A stretch of DNA of 64,000 nt from Firmicutes bacterium HGW-Firmicutes-9. Its GTDB lineage: Bacteria > Bacillota > Clostridia > Christensenellales > CAG-138. The notes beneath the pieces are model-generated. The model worked only from the letters and a program-made list of their open reading frames with translations, ran no database searches and was not told the origin of the DNA. Positions 56,467-64,000 of the stretch are shown one piece after another (positions within the stretch are counted from its first letter, which is position 1; every line of letters begins with the position of its first letter). Both the position numbers and the translations under genes were made by a program. The DNA lies in NCBI GenBank assembly GCA_002841395.1, contig PGZM01000004.1:71842-135841 (forward strand). Reading direction: 5' to 3'.

Positions 56467-56613
56467 ACTGATTTTTATAGAACCTACCGGAGGCGCGTTC
56501 CGCGCCTCTTTTTCTTGCAACAATGGTGAAAATAATATATTGCGAAAATATTATTAAAATGATATTGACAATGATGTGTGACACACAGTATAATGCATCC
56601 GAGGTGATACCTG

Positions 56614-56967
56614 ATGCCAGAGAATGACACGTTACAAAACTTCCTGACAGAGCTTCGTCGCGGCAGCCTGACGCTTGCCGTGTTGGGAAGCCTGCGGGAG
56701 CCGAGATACGGCTACGCGCTTTTGCAAACACTGCAGGAGCAACAGATTGATATCGAGGCAAACACACTTTACCCGCTGCTCCGTCGACTGGAGAGCCAGG
56801 AGCTTTTGACCAGCGACTGGGACACGAGCGAGAGCAGACCGAGGAAGTATTACAGCGTCAGCGCAAAGGGCAGGGAGGCCCTGCGGCAGCTGATGACGGA
56901 ATGGGGGAACATGCAGAGGAGCATTGAGGCCATCTGCGGAAAGGGAGAGGAAAATGGAACGGTCTAA
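56614..56967 (+). CDS. PadR-family transcriptional regulator
   Basis: GSLTLAVLGSLREPRYGYALLQTL...LYPLLRRLESQELL...RKYY. Confidence 0.9.
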   Translation: MPENDTLQNFLTELRRGSLTLAVLGSLREPRYGYALLQTLQEQQIDIEANTLYPLLRRLESQELLTSDWDTSESRPRKYYSVSAKGREALRQLMTEWGNMQRSIEAICGKGEENGTV

Positions 56968-57973
56968 CAACAATCTAATCGAGCGCTATGTCTACGACGT
57001 TGCTCGTCGCCTGCCCGAAAAGGATCGGGAGGACGTGAAAAAGGAACTGCGCGCCAATATTTACGACATGCTGCCGGAGGGGGCAAGCGACGATGCCGTG
57101 AAAAAGGTGCTCTACGAACTGGGTTCGCCCGTATCCCTGGCGGAGAAATACCGCACACATCCGCGCTATCTGATCTCGCCGGCATATTTTGATGAGTATG
57201 TCGCCGCGCTGAAATGGATTCTTCCGCTCGTCGGCGTGCTGGTGATGCTCATCGGCTTCGCGGTCGGCGCGTTTGACGCGGCAAAGGCCACCGTCGAGAA
57301 TCTGCCGCTCATCATCAGCGGCATCATTTCCAAGGGTGTGAGCATGGGCGTTTCCGCCGCATTCCAGGCGCTGGTCTGGACGACGATCGGTTTCGTGATC
57401 GCCGAGCACGGCGGCGCAAAGAAGAAAGTCGGCGAGCACGGCTGGAGAATCGAAGACCTGCCGGAGGCGCAGAACGCGAAAGCGGGCATCCCGCTGTCGG
57501 AAGGCATCGCAGAGCTGGTGCTCTCGGTAATCTTCTCGGTCTTTGCCATCCTCTTCTGCACCGGAAGACTGCCGTTTGCGATGATGTTCTCGCAGGGCGG
57601 CGTGGTGTTTTACAACATCTTCAGTCAGAGCTTCCTCGACATTCTAGTGCCCTTCATCCTCGTTTCCCTGCTGCTTGCTGTTGTGCAGGCCGCGGCGAAG
57701 ATCAAGGACCGCCGCTGGTCGGTGCTCGTTTGCGCCACCATCGTGACGAAAAAGCTCGTCGATATGGCGATCACGCTTTACCTGATCAACCAGCCGAACA
57801 TCCTCAGCGCGGAGTTTCGCGGGTTCCTGACGGATGCGGGGTTACTGCAAGTGCTGCCGAACATCAACGGCACCAACGTGCTGATCATCGTATTCTCGAT
57901 GCTGATCATCCTCGGCGCCATCGCCGAAACGATCAAGACGATCAAACTCACCGTGCAGGCGCACGTGAAATAA
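56954..57973 (+). CDS. Membrane protein with N-terminal DUF1700/HAAS-type helical domain (PadR partner)
   Basis: LIERYVYDVARRLPEKDREDVKKELRANIYDML followed by multiple TM helices. Overlaps the padR 3' end. Confidence 0.78.
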   Translation: MERSNNNLIERYVYDVARRLPEKDREDVKKELRANIYDMLPEGASDDAVKKVLYELGSPVSLAEKYRTHPRYLISPAYFDEYVAALKWILPLVGVLVMLIGFAVGAFDAAKATVENLPLIISGIISKGVSMGVSAAFQALVWTTIGFVIAEHGGAKKKVGEHGWRIEDLPEAQNAKAGIPLSEGIAELVLSVIFSVFAILFCTGRLPFAMMFSQGGVVFYNIFSQSFLDILVPFILVSLLLAVVQAAAKIKDRRWSVLVCATIVTKKLVDMAITLYLINQPNILSAEFRGFLTDAGLLQVLPNINGTNVLIIVFSMLIILGAIAETIKTIKLTVQAHVK

Positions 57974-57998
57974 CCCCTTCTGCATCAGCAGAGCAAGA

Positions 57999-58025
57999 AA
58001 GGCCGAACGGCCTTTTTTGTTTTTG
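57999..58025 (+). terminator. Intrinsic terminator after the PadR operon
   Basis: AAGGCC-GAAC-GGCCTT followed by TTTTGTTTTT. Confidence 0.7.
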
Positions 58026-58048
58026 CAAAATATATTCCGCTGATACAC

Positions 58049-58097
58049 TTGACCGGGTGGTCAAGAGGTGCTATATTGGGGTTGACCAAGTGGTCAA
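58049..58097 (+). promoter_or_regulatory. Promoter with two palindromic operators (likely TetR sites)
   Basis: O1 is TTGACCgggtGGTCAA (58049-58064) and doubles as the -35. TATATT -10 at 58072-58077 after a 17 nt spacer. O2 is TTGACCaagtGGTCAA (58082-58097). Confidence 0.55.
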
Positions 58098-58139
58098 GAA
58101 CGACGTTGCAACCGTTAGAAAACGATACAGGAGGACAAT

Positions 58140-58988
58140 ATGATTCAAGTCAACCAAGTGTTTCACGACTATGAGGGCAAGGGAAAGTGCGCCGTGTCGG
58201 ACATCACGTTTTCGGTGGAAAGCGGCAGCATCTTTGGTTTCCTCGGGCCTTCCGGCGCGGGAAAATCTACGATACAGAACATCATGACGGGGTTGCTGCC
58301 GATTCAAAAGGGTGAGGTGCTCTATGACGGGAAATCCGTGCGGCATTTGAACACCGGCTTTTTCAACCAGATCGGCGTCTCGTTTGAGCAGAACAATCTC
58401 TACTCCTCGCTGACCGGGCTGGAGAACCTGAAATATCATGCGGCGCTGTTCTCGGTGCCGACCGTGAACCCGATGGAGCTTCTGGAGCGCGTGGGTCTGC
58501 GCGAAGATGCGAACAAGCGCGTATCCAACTATTCCAAGGGCATGCGGCAAAGGCTGACGTTTGCGCGCTCTTTGATCAATAAGCCGCAATATCTGTTTCT
58601 CGACGAACCGACAAGCGGACTCGATCCCAAGACCGCGGTCGGCATCCGCGAGCTGATTCTGGAACAGAAAGCGCGCGGAGCAGCCGTTTTTCTCACCACG
58701 CACAGCATGGAACTCGCGGATGCGCTGAGCGATACGGTTGCGTTTCTCTATGGCGGCGTGATCGCCGCGATGGACACGCCTGAAGCGCTCAAGCGCGTCT
58801 ACGGCAAGCGCGAGGTGCGCGTGGTCTACCGCGAGGGCGAGGAGGAGCGCGAGCGCGCAATCCCGCTGGACGACAAGGCCGCGCTTTCCGCAATGCTCAC
58901 CACGGCGGACGTGGTCAAGCTGCACTCTCAGGAGGCGACGCTGGAAGAGATCTTCCTGCGCGTCACCGGAAAGGAGCTTACGGCGTGA
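58140..58988 (+). CDS. ABC transporter ATP-binding protein (ABC-2 exporter type)
   Basis: GPSGAGKST, YSKGMRQRLTFARSL, LFLDEPTSGLD. Confidence 0.92.
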   Translation: MIQVNQVFHDYEGKGKCAVSDITFSVESGSIFGFLGPSGAGKSTIQNIMTGLLPIQKGEVLYDGKSVRHLNTGFFNQIGVSFEQNNLYSSLTGLENLKYHAALFSVPTVNPMELLERVGLREDANKRVSNYSKGMRQRLTFARSLINKPQYLFLDEPTSGLDPKTAVGIRELILEQKARGAAVFLTTHSMELADALSDTVAFLYGGVIAAMDTPEALKRVYGKREVRVVYREGEEERERAIPLDDKAALSAMLTTADVVKLHSQEATLEEIFLRVTGKELTA

Positions 58989-59953
58989 AAAGCATTTTTT
59001 CCACTTGCGCACAGGACAGTAAGCGTCTTTTGACCAACGCGCTGTTCTGGGTGCTGACCGCAACGCTCGTCGTCATCGTGCTGGTGGTCGATCTCGCGCT
59101 GCCGAAGGAGCTCGCCTCCGGCGGCGTCACGCCGCTGACCTGGAACGCGCCTGCGGATGCCGCGTTCGGTACGCCCGCGTTGAGTGAGGAAGCGTTGCGG
59201 GAGGCTGTCCGCAAAGGCGACGCGGTCGGATTTCTGTTTGGCGAAGACGGGTTGACCATCGTGCACCCGGGCTTTTCCGAGAAGAGCCTGAACATCTATG
59301 TGTTGGAGCTCATGCGCGACGGGTTCACGCCGGTCGAGGTCGTTTCTCTGGATGCGCAGGCGAAGGAGATTCCGCTTAATTTGCGGTTAACACCGATCTT
59401 CATCGCGTTTGAGGCGCTGATGGTCGGCTTCATCCTCGGCGGCGCGCTGATGCTCGCGGAAAAGCAGGACGGAACCGTCCGTGCGCTGCGCGTGTCTCCG
59501 TTTCCTGTTTCGAGCTACATCATCGCAAAAACGCTGCTGTTTTCGCTGATCGGCACGCTCTACGCCTCGCTGATCTGCGTTTTCACCGTGGGATTCTCCA
59601 TCAACTGGGGATTGTTCCTGCCGCTGTCGTTCATCGGCACGGCGGTATTCACGATGATCGGCCTTGCGTATACGTCGCCGTTTCGCGATATGAGCGGGTG
59701 GTTTTTCTCGATGATAGCGCTGTTGAGCATCAACATGCTGCCGGTGATTAGCTATACGTCCCCCGCGTTTACGCCGTTCTGGATGCGCTTGATTCCGTCT
59801 TATCCAATGTTGATGGTCTACCGCGCGGCAATGTTCGGCGGCTCGGTTGACTGGGTCTATACCGTCGTCGCGCTCGGCGCATGGGGCATCGTATCGTATC
59901 TGCTTGCGAGAATTTTCGTCGCGAGAAAACACCTGAAAGGAGCGGGCGTATGA
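58985..59953 (+). CDS. ABC-2 type permease
   Basis: GTGA overlap with the ATPase gene. N-terminal TM, extracytoplasmic loop, then five TM segments. Confidence 0.82.
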   Translation: MKSIFSTCAQDSKRLLTNALFWVLTATLVVIVLVVDLALPKELASGGVTPLTWNAPADAAFGTPALSEEALREAVRKGDAVGFLFGEDGLTIVHPGFSEKSLNIYVLELMRDGFTPVEVVSLDAQAKEIPLNLRLTPIFIAFEALMVGFILGGALMLAEKQDGTVRALRVSPFPVSSYIIAKTLLFSLIGTLYASLICVFTVGFSINWGLFLPLSFIGTAVFTMIGLAYTSPFRDMSGWFFSMIALLSINMLPVISYTSPAFTPFWMRLIPSYPMLMVYRAAMFGGSVDWVYTVVALGAWGIVSYLLARIFVARKHLKGAGV

Positions 59954-60945
59954 AGGGATTTTTTGCATCCGTCGCGAGAGAGTTCAAGCTCATCTTCCGA
60001 AACGGCATTTCGGCCTTTATGGTTGCGTCGCCCGCCATCCTTGCGTTTGTGTTTATCCTCATCTTCGGTGCGGTGAATGCTTCTCAGTTGCAGCTCGCGA
60101 TCGATCCTTCCGTTTCTGTCGCGCAGGAAGAGAAGCTCCTTCGCATTGCGGAGGTCGAGCGGTTTGACGATACCGCTGCGCTCGAAGCCCGCGTACGGGA
60201 AACGGACGCTGTCGCAGGCGTTGTGATGGAGAATGGCGCGGTGCGCGTGCTCGTGGAGGGCAATGAAGGTGAGGAGTTCCAGCAGGCGACCGGCATGATC
60301 GTCGGTCTCACGCTCGGAACAACCGGCGAACTCATGCCGTATCAGAGCGAAATCGTCGCGGCAAAGGGCACAATGGCGTATACTGTAACCATGATCTCGA
60401 TGCTGCTCATGTCGCTGTTCATCGGCGGCGCGACGGTCGGACTCTCGATTGTGGACGAGCGCGAAGGCGGTGCGATTCGCGCCGTGACGGTCAGCCCGAT
60501 GCGGCTTTCCGGCTATGTTGCGACAAAGCTGTTTCCGGCGCTGCTGCTGGGACTCTTTGGCATGGCGGCCGCGGGGTTCATCATCGGCAAAGCCGCGCTC
60601 GTGCCGCAATATCTGCTGCTCGCGGTTTGCAGCGTGCTTGTTTCGGGCATGATGACGTTTGCCATCGGCGCGTTTGCAAACAATCAGATTGCGGCAATCG
60701 GCGTGCTCAAGCTGCTGGTTCCGATCGGCATGATGCTTCCGGTTTCCGCGATGTTCGTGCCGCAGCAGTGGCAGTTTTTCTACTACATCATTCCGATGTA
60801 CTGGCAATATCGCGCGCTGAGCGCAATCCTGTCCGGGTCGCCCGCGCTGTGGTATATGCTGTTGACGCTGCTGGTCAGCGTGCCGTGGTTCCTAGCGATC
60901 CTCGGAATGTTTTCGAAAAAAACCAACTTTCAAAGAGGGAGGTGA
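59950..60945 (+). CDS. ABC-2 type permease (second)
   Basis: ATGA overlap. Same topology as the preceding permease. Confidence 0.82.
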   Translation: MKGFFASVAREFKLIFRNGISAFMVASPAILAFVFILIFGAVNASQLQLAIDPSVSVAQEEKLLRIAEVERFDDTAALEARVRETDAVAGVVMENGAVRVLVEGNEGEEFQQATGMIVGLTLGTTGELMPYQSEIVAAKGTMAYTVTMISMLLMSLFIGGATVGLSIVDEREGGAIRAVTVSPMRLSGYVATKLFPALLLGLFGMAAAGFIIGKAALVPQYLLLAVCSVLVSGMMTFAIGAFANNQIAAIGVLKLLVPIGMMLPVSAMFVPQQWQFFYYIIPMYWQYRALSAILSGSPALWYMLLTLLVSVPWFLAILGMFSKKTNFQRGR

Positions 60946-60950
60946 ATTCT

Positions 60951-61091
60951 GTGGCTTGGTATTGGTGGGCGTTGATCGTGGTCGGCGTGATCGTGATCGT
61001 CTGGCTCAAAGCTATCTTTGTACCGAAGTATTTTCAAAAACAGCGCGAAAAGAAGGCAGAGCGCGAACGAATGGAAGGCGAAGACGAATGA
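60951..61091 (+). CDS. Small single-pass membrane protein (46 aa), hypothetical
   Basis: GTG start 8 nt after GGGAGG. TM WWALIVVGVIVIVWLKAIFV plus a charged tail. The stop overlaps the TetR ATG. Confidence 0.5.
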   Translation: MAWYWWALIVVGVIVIVWLKAIFVPKYFQKQREKKAERERMEGEDE

Positions 61092-61723
61092 GCGAATCGC
61101 TCAACTTAAAATGGTTGAAAGCCGGTGCAAAAAACCCGCTGGAAGAATCACCCGCCCTTTATGATGCGGCACTTTCCGCGTTTGCGGAGCATTCCTTTCA
61201 GGAGGCTTCGCTCAACGATATCCTGAAGGCAGCGGGGATGAACAAGGGCAGCTTTTACTATCGCTTTCGCGATAAGATGGAGCTGTATCTCTCGCTTCTT
61301 TATCGCGTCGGGATGGAGAAGATGCAGCTATTTGAGCTGCACGGCGTCTCGCGCAATTCGGAGGGCTTTTTTGACGAGTTTCGCAACATGGCGCATCTCG
61401 GCCTGCTGCTCGCAAAAAAGGACCCGCGTTTTGTCGTGTTCTCCCGCAGGATTCTGCAGGAGGAGGCGCAGGTGCGGGAGCGGGTGATCGCTTGCTTTGG
61501 CGATATGCGTTCGGAATTACTGACGGACATGGTCGAGCGGGCGAAAGCCTCCGGCGAGTTCCGCAAGAGCCTGCCGACAGATACGGCGGTGTTCGTGATC
61601 GAGACGCTGCTCAATCATCTGGATTCGCTGATCCCCGTGGAGTGGAGCGATGAGCATATCTTAAGCGCTGTCGATCAACTGCTGGATGTGATCCGGTTCG
61701 GCATCGGCGGAAGTGAAGCGTAA
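61088..61723 (+). CDS. TetR/AcrR-family transcriptional regulator
   Basis: HTH FQEASLNDILKAAGMNKGSFYYRFRDKMELY. Confidence 0.88.
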   Translation: MSESLNLKWLKAGAKNPLEESPALYDAALSAFAEHSFQEASLNDILKAAGMNKGSFYYRFRDKMELYLSLLYRVGMEKMQLFELHGVSRNSEGFFDEFRNMAHLGLLLAKKDPRFVVFSRRILQEEAQVRERVIACFGDMRSELLTDMVERAKASGEFRKSLPTDTAVFVIETLLNHLDSLIPVEWSDEHILSAVDQLLDVIRFGIGGSEA

Positions 61724-61727
61724 CAAA

Positions 61728-61752
61728 CAAAAAAGGCCGCAAGGCCTTTTTT
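61728..61752. terminator. Bidirectional terminator
   Basis: AAAAGGCC-GCAA-GGCCTTTT. Confidence 0.8.
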
Positions 61753-61770
61753 GTTGCGTGTATAATCGCG

Positions 61771-63063
61771 TTATTTACGTAGTTCGGCTTCTCTCTCCCG
61801 CTTTGCTCCACGGATGAGGTTCAGCACGGGCAGCAGCGCAAGCAGCGTTGCGACAGCCGCGGCGACAAAGATCAGATAGGTGGGGAGAAATCCCGCCTTG
61901 CCGTCTACGACGATGGGCTGGCCGAAAAACGTGATGATCCGCTCCCCGATGAAGGGGCCGATCACCATCGGCAGCAGCACCCAGAAGATCATACGAATGC
62001 CCTGAAACTGTCCCGCGCTCGCGGGCGGTGTGAGGTCCTTGATCCACGCGCCGGTGACGATCAGCTTTGCGACCATGCCAAACGCCATCACGAAGATCGC
62101 GATGCACAGGAACACCATGTCCCTTGCGAGCGACACAAACAAAAAGCCCAGCGCGGAGACAAACAGCGCAACCAGCAGCAGCTTCGGCTTGCCGAGGCGG
62201 TCGACCAGACGACCGAAGAACACGCCGCAGATGCCGGCGAGCAGCACCATGAGTCCGAGGTTGACGCCGATCACGTCATAGCCATAACCCAGCGTCTTGG
62301 TGAAGTAGATGATTTGGTACGGCATGGCAATCTGCTCCGCAATCGCGAACACCAGCACGCACACATAGAGCGAGAAGAGTTTTTTGTTTTCACGCACGGC
62401 GCGTACGGAAAAGCCGGAGAACACCTGTTTCCAGAAGCGCATTTCTTCGCCTTCGCGCTTCGGGACGGGCGCTTCCTTCATCAGAAGGCCGCCGACCAGG
62501 CCGCAGACGACGACGAGAAGCCCCATCGACGTAAAGAACAGCGTGTAGCCGAAATATTCGATCAGCATGCCGCTAACGATGGTCGTGACCACCATCGCGA
62601 GCAGCGGAAAGAGCTCCGTGATGCCGCTGACCGTGCCGCGGTTGGTCTCGTCCGTCACGTTGGTGAGCCACGCGTTGAAGCTCGCGTCGTTGGCGGTCGA
62701 GCCGAAGAATGTCATCATACAATCCAGCGAAACCACGGCGAAGACTGCGAGCGTCGCGGTTTTGACCGCGCCTGCCGCGGGGAAGATGATTGTCGAGATG
62801 CCCCAGAGCACGTAGCTCACGAGGATGATCATTTTGCGTTTGCCGAGGCGGTCGCTGAACGTGCCCATGATGAGCGTGGTCAGCGTCGCGGTGATCGCGC
62901 TTAATGCAACCATCAGCGAGATCACGCGCGGGTCGGGCGAGATCACGTCGTTGACGAACGTGTTGAACCACGAGTTTTCGATCACCCATGCGATCTGGCC
63001 CGAAAACGCGAGCAGCACGATCGCCGCCCAGTTGTTCGCGCCGAGCTTGGTCTTTGTCTTCAT
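61771..63063 (-). CDS. MFS transporter (sugar/GPH-like)
   Basis: 12 TM segments. DRLGKRK loop motif. Start set to the ATG at 63063, behind GGAGGAG. Lies 5 nt downstream of the glycosidase stop. Confidence 0.86.
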   Translation of the reverse strand: MKTKTKLGANNWAAIVLLAFSGQIAWVIENSWFNTFVNDVISPDPRVISLMVALSAITATLTTLIMGTFSDRLGKRKMIILVSYVLWGISTIIFPAAGAVKTATLAVFAVVSLDCMMTFFGSTANDASFNAWLTNVTDETNRGTVSGITELFPLLAMVVTTIVSGMLIEYFGYTLFFTSMGLLVVVCGLVGGLLMKEAPVPKREGEEMRFWKQVFSGFSVRAVRENKKLFSLYVCVLVFAIAEQIAMPYQIIYFTKTLGYGYDVIGVNLGLMVLLAGICGVFFGRLVDRLGKPKLLLVALFVSALGFLFVSLARDMVFLCIAIFVMAFGMVAKLIVTGAWIKDLTPPASAGQFQGIRMIFWVLLPMVIGPFIGERIITFFGQPIVVDGKAGFLPTYLIFVAAAVATLLALLPVLNLIRGAKREREAELRK

Positions 63064-63068
63064 GTATG

Positions 63069-64000
63069 TTACTCCTCCAATGTTGCAATTGGGAATTGCG
63101 CGATCCGCAGCTGCGTGCAGCCGTAGGGGATCAGCGTTTTCTGCACATAATTCTCTGTCTTCGCGGCGAACGGCTCTGGCAAGTCTCCCGTGCTGTTTTG
63201 CCGCATGCGCCACTGCGGCGCGGGAACAAGCGGGAGATGAATAGCTAGCGGGGGATTTGTGTCGTCAAACGGCAGCTCGCCCGGTTCGCGGCGGGTGATT
63301 TTCGCCTGCGCGAGTCTCTCCTCCGCGACGGCGAATCGCCACTCCTCGCACGGGAGAAATTCGCGATCCGCAAACGGCATGGTTCCGCGCACGATGCGCT
63401 GTTCCGCCGCAATCGGCAGCGCGAGCAGCAGTGCGCCGTAGTGGACGGTGACGCCACCGGTCGCCTCCGGCACGAGTTTTAACCTAAGTGGGAGAGAGAG
63501 GGTGATTTGATCTCCTGCGGAGAAGGCTTTTTTTAGGATTAGATAGCCGTTCTCTAGCGCAATCGAAACCTGCTTACCGTTATAAGAAAGAGAATATTCC
63601 TCCGCCCAGCTCGGTAGGCGCAGACGCAGCGTAAATTCGAGTTGATTGTCGTCATTCTCGATTTTTTCTATTTTAATCTGAATTCCTCCGTCAAACGGAT
63701 AGTTCGTCTCTTCGGAAATGTGTACCGTCGTGCCGCGCACATCGACCGCCGCCGTGCAGGGCGCGTAGACGGGCAGCGCGATGCCGTCCGCGTGCCGCAT
63801 GACGAGCGCGCCCAGTAGTTTCGGCCAGCCCTGATGCATGTTCGCCGCACAGCAGCCGAAATTCGGCGCAAGGCCGAACAGGTTCGCCTCGCTATATGCG
63901 TCATACCAGCCGCGTTTTTTGCGGGACACCTCCACCTGATTGACCTGCTGCACATACTGGTGCGCGCACATGTCGGGTGTAAAGGTTGCGGGCCAGGCAT
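63069..64000 (-). CDS. GH127/DUF1680-like beta-L-arabinofuranosidase family protein, C-terminal part (5' end beyond the window)
   Basis: The frame stays open to the window edge (...AWPATFTPDMCAHQYV...). The NFGCCAANMHQGWPK Cys-Cys motif resembles the GH127 catalytic/Zn site. Confidence 0.6.
   Translation of the reverse strand, partial: AWPATFTPDMCAHQYVQQVNQVEVSRKKRGWYDAYSEANLFGLAPNFGCCAANMHQGWPKLLGALVMRHADGIALPVYAPCTAAVDVRGTTVHISEETNYPFDGGIQIKIEKIENDDNQLEFTLRLRLPSWAEEYSLSYNGKQVSIALENGYLILKKAFSAGDQITLSLPLRLKLVPEATGGVTVHYGALLLALPIAAEQRIVRGTMPFADREFLPCEEWRFAVAEERLAQAKITRREPGELPFDDTNPPLAIHLPLVPAPQWRMRQNSTGDLPEPFAAKTENYVQKTLIPYGCTQLRIAQFPIATLEE

Noticed and set aside
1-64000. Whole-window search for rRNA, tRNA, CRISPR arrays, IS elements, integrases, toxin-antitoxin pairs or recognisable defence genes.
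   Set aside because: None were seen by eye. The intergenic regions are accounted for by promoters, terminators, one riboswitch and the candidate RNA island. A tRNAscan, ISfinder or DefenseFinder run would be needed to make this negative result firm.

Overview
This looks like a chromosomal segment from a high-GC Firmicutes or Clostridia-type organism. That call is an inference from gene content, Gram-positive lipobox signals, strong AGGAGG-type ribosome binding sites and frequent ATGA/GTGA start-stop overlaps. About 60 genes are tightly packed, and most are housekeeping or transport genes. I saw no rRNA, tRNA, CRISPR array, transposase, integrase or phage genes.

Genes in order:
- An exported lipoprotein.
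- A complete minus-strand pyrimidine operon, pyrB-pyrI-pyrC-pyrF-pyrK-pyrD-pyrE, with a long leader that carries several terminators.
- A first LIV-type branched-chain amino-acid ABC system on the plus strand.
- A lysine riboswitch in front of a polar amino-acid ABC transporter.
- A protein that combines a substrate-binding domain with PAS, GGDEF and HD-GYP domains.
- A MarR regulator with a heterodimeric ABC exporter.
- A nucleoside deaminase, an ACT-domain protein and a cytidylate-kinase-like protein.
- A second, divergent LIV system on the minus strand.
- A VOC/glyoxalase protein, an HExxH membrane protein, IMP dehydrogenase and an IclR regulator.
- A MoxR / DUF58 / transglutaminase operon.
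- A flavoprotein, an MFS transporter and a two-component system.
- A polyferredoxin membrane protein paired with a DUF2202-like lipoprotein.
- A hydrolase with an HTH protein, two DegV proteins, a second two-component system and thiamine diphosphokinase.
- An exonuclease, a CCG-domain Fe-S protein and a GNAT acetyltransferase.
- An MBL-fold hydrolase and an orphan lipoprotein.
- A PadR regulator with its membrane partner.
- A TetR-controlled ABC-2 exporter operon.
- An MFS transporter and a truncated GH127-like glycosidase at the right edge.

I found no clear-cut novel defence or mobile system. The most unusual signals are:
1. A GC-rich, helix-dense stretch of about 310 nt with no ORF at 54700-55010. 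It is a candidate structured RNA.
2. Three terminators in the pyr leader, two of which are a tandem duplicate.
3. An AATGCATTG palindrome shared by the control regions of both liv operons.
4. The polyferredoxin / ferritin-like lipoprotein pair.
5. Twin TTGACC-N4-GGTCAA operators in front of the ABC-2 operon, which also encodes a 46-aa membrane peptide.

Every functional call rests on reading motifs by eye. No database search was run.
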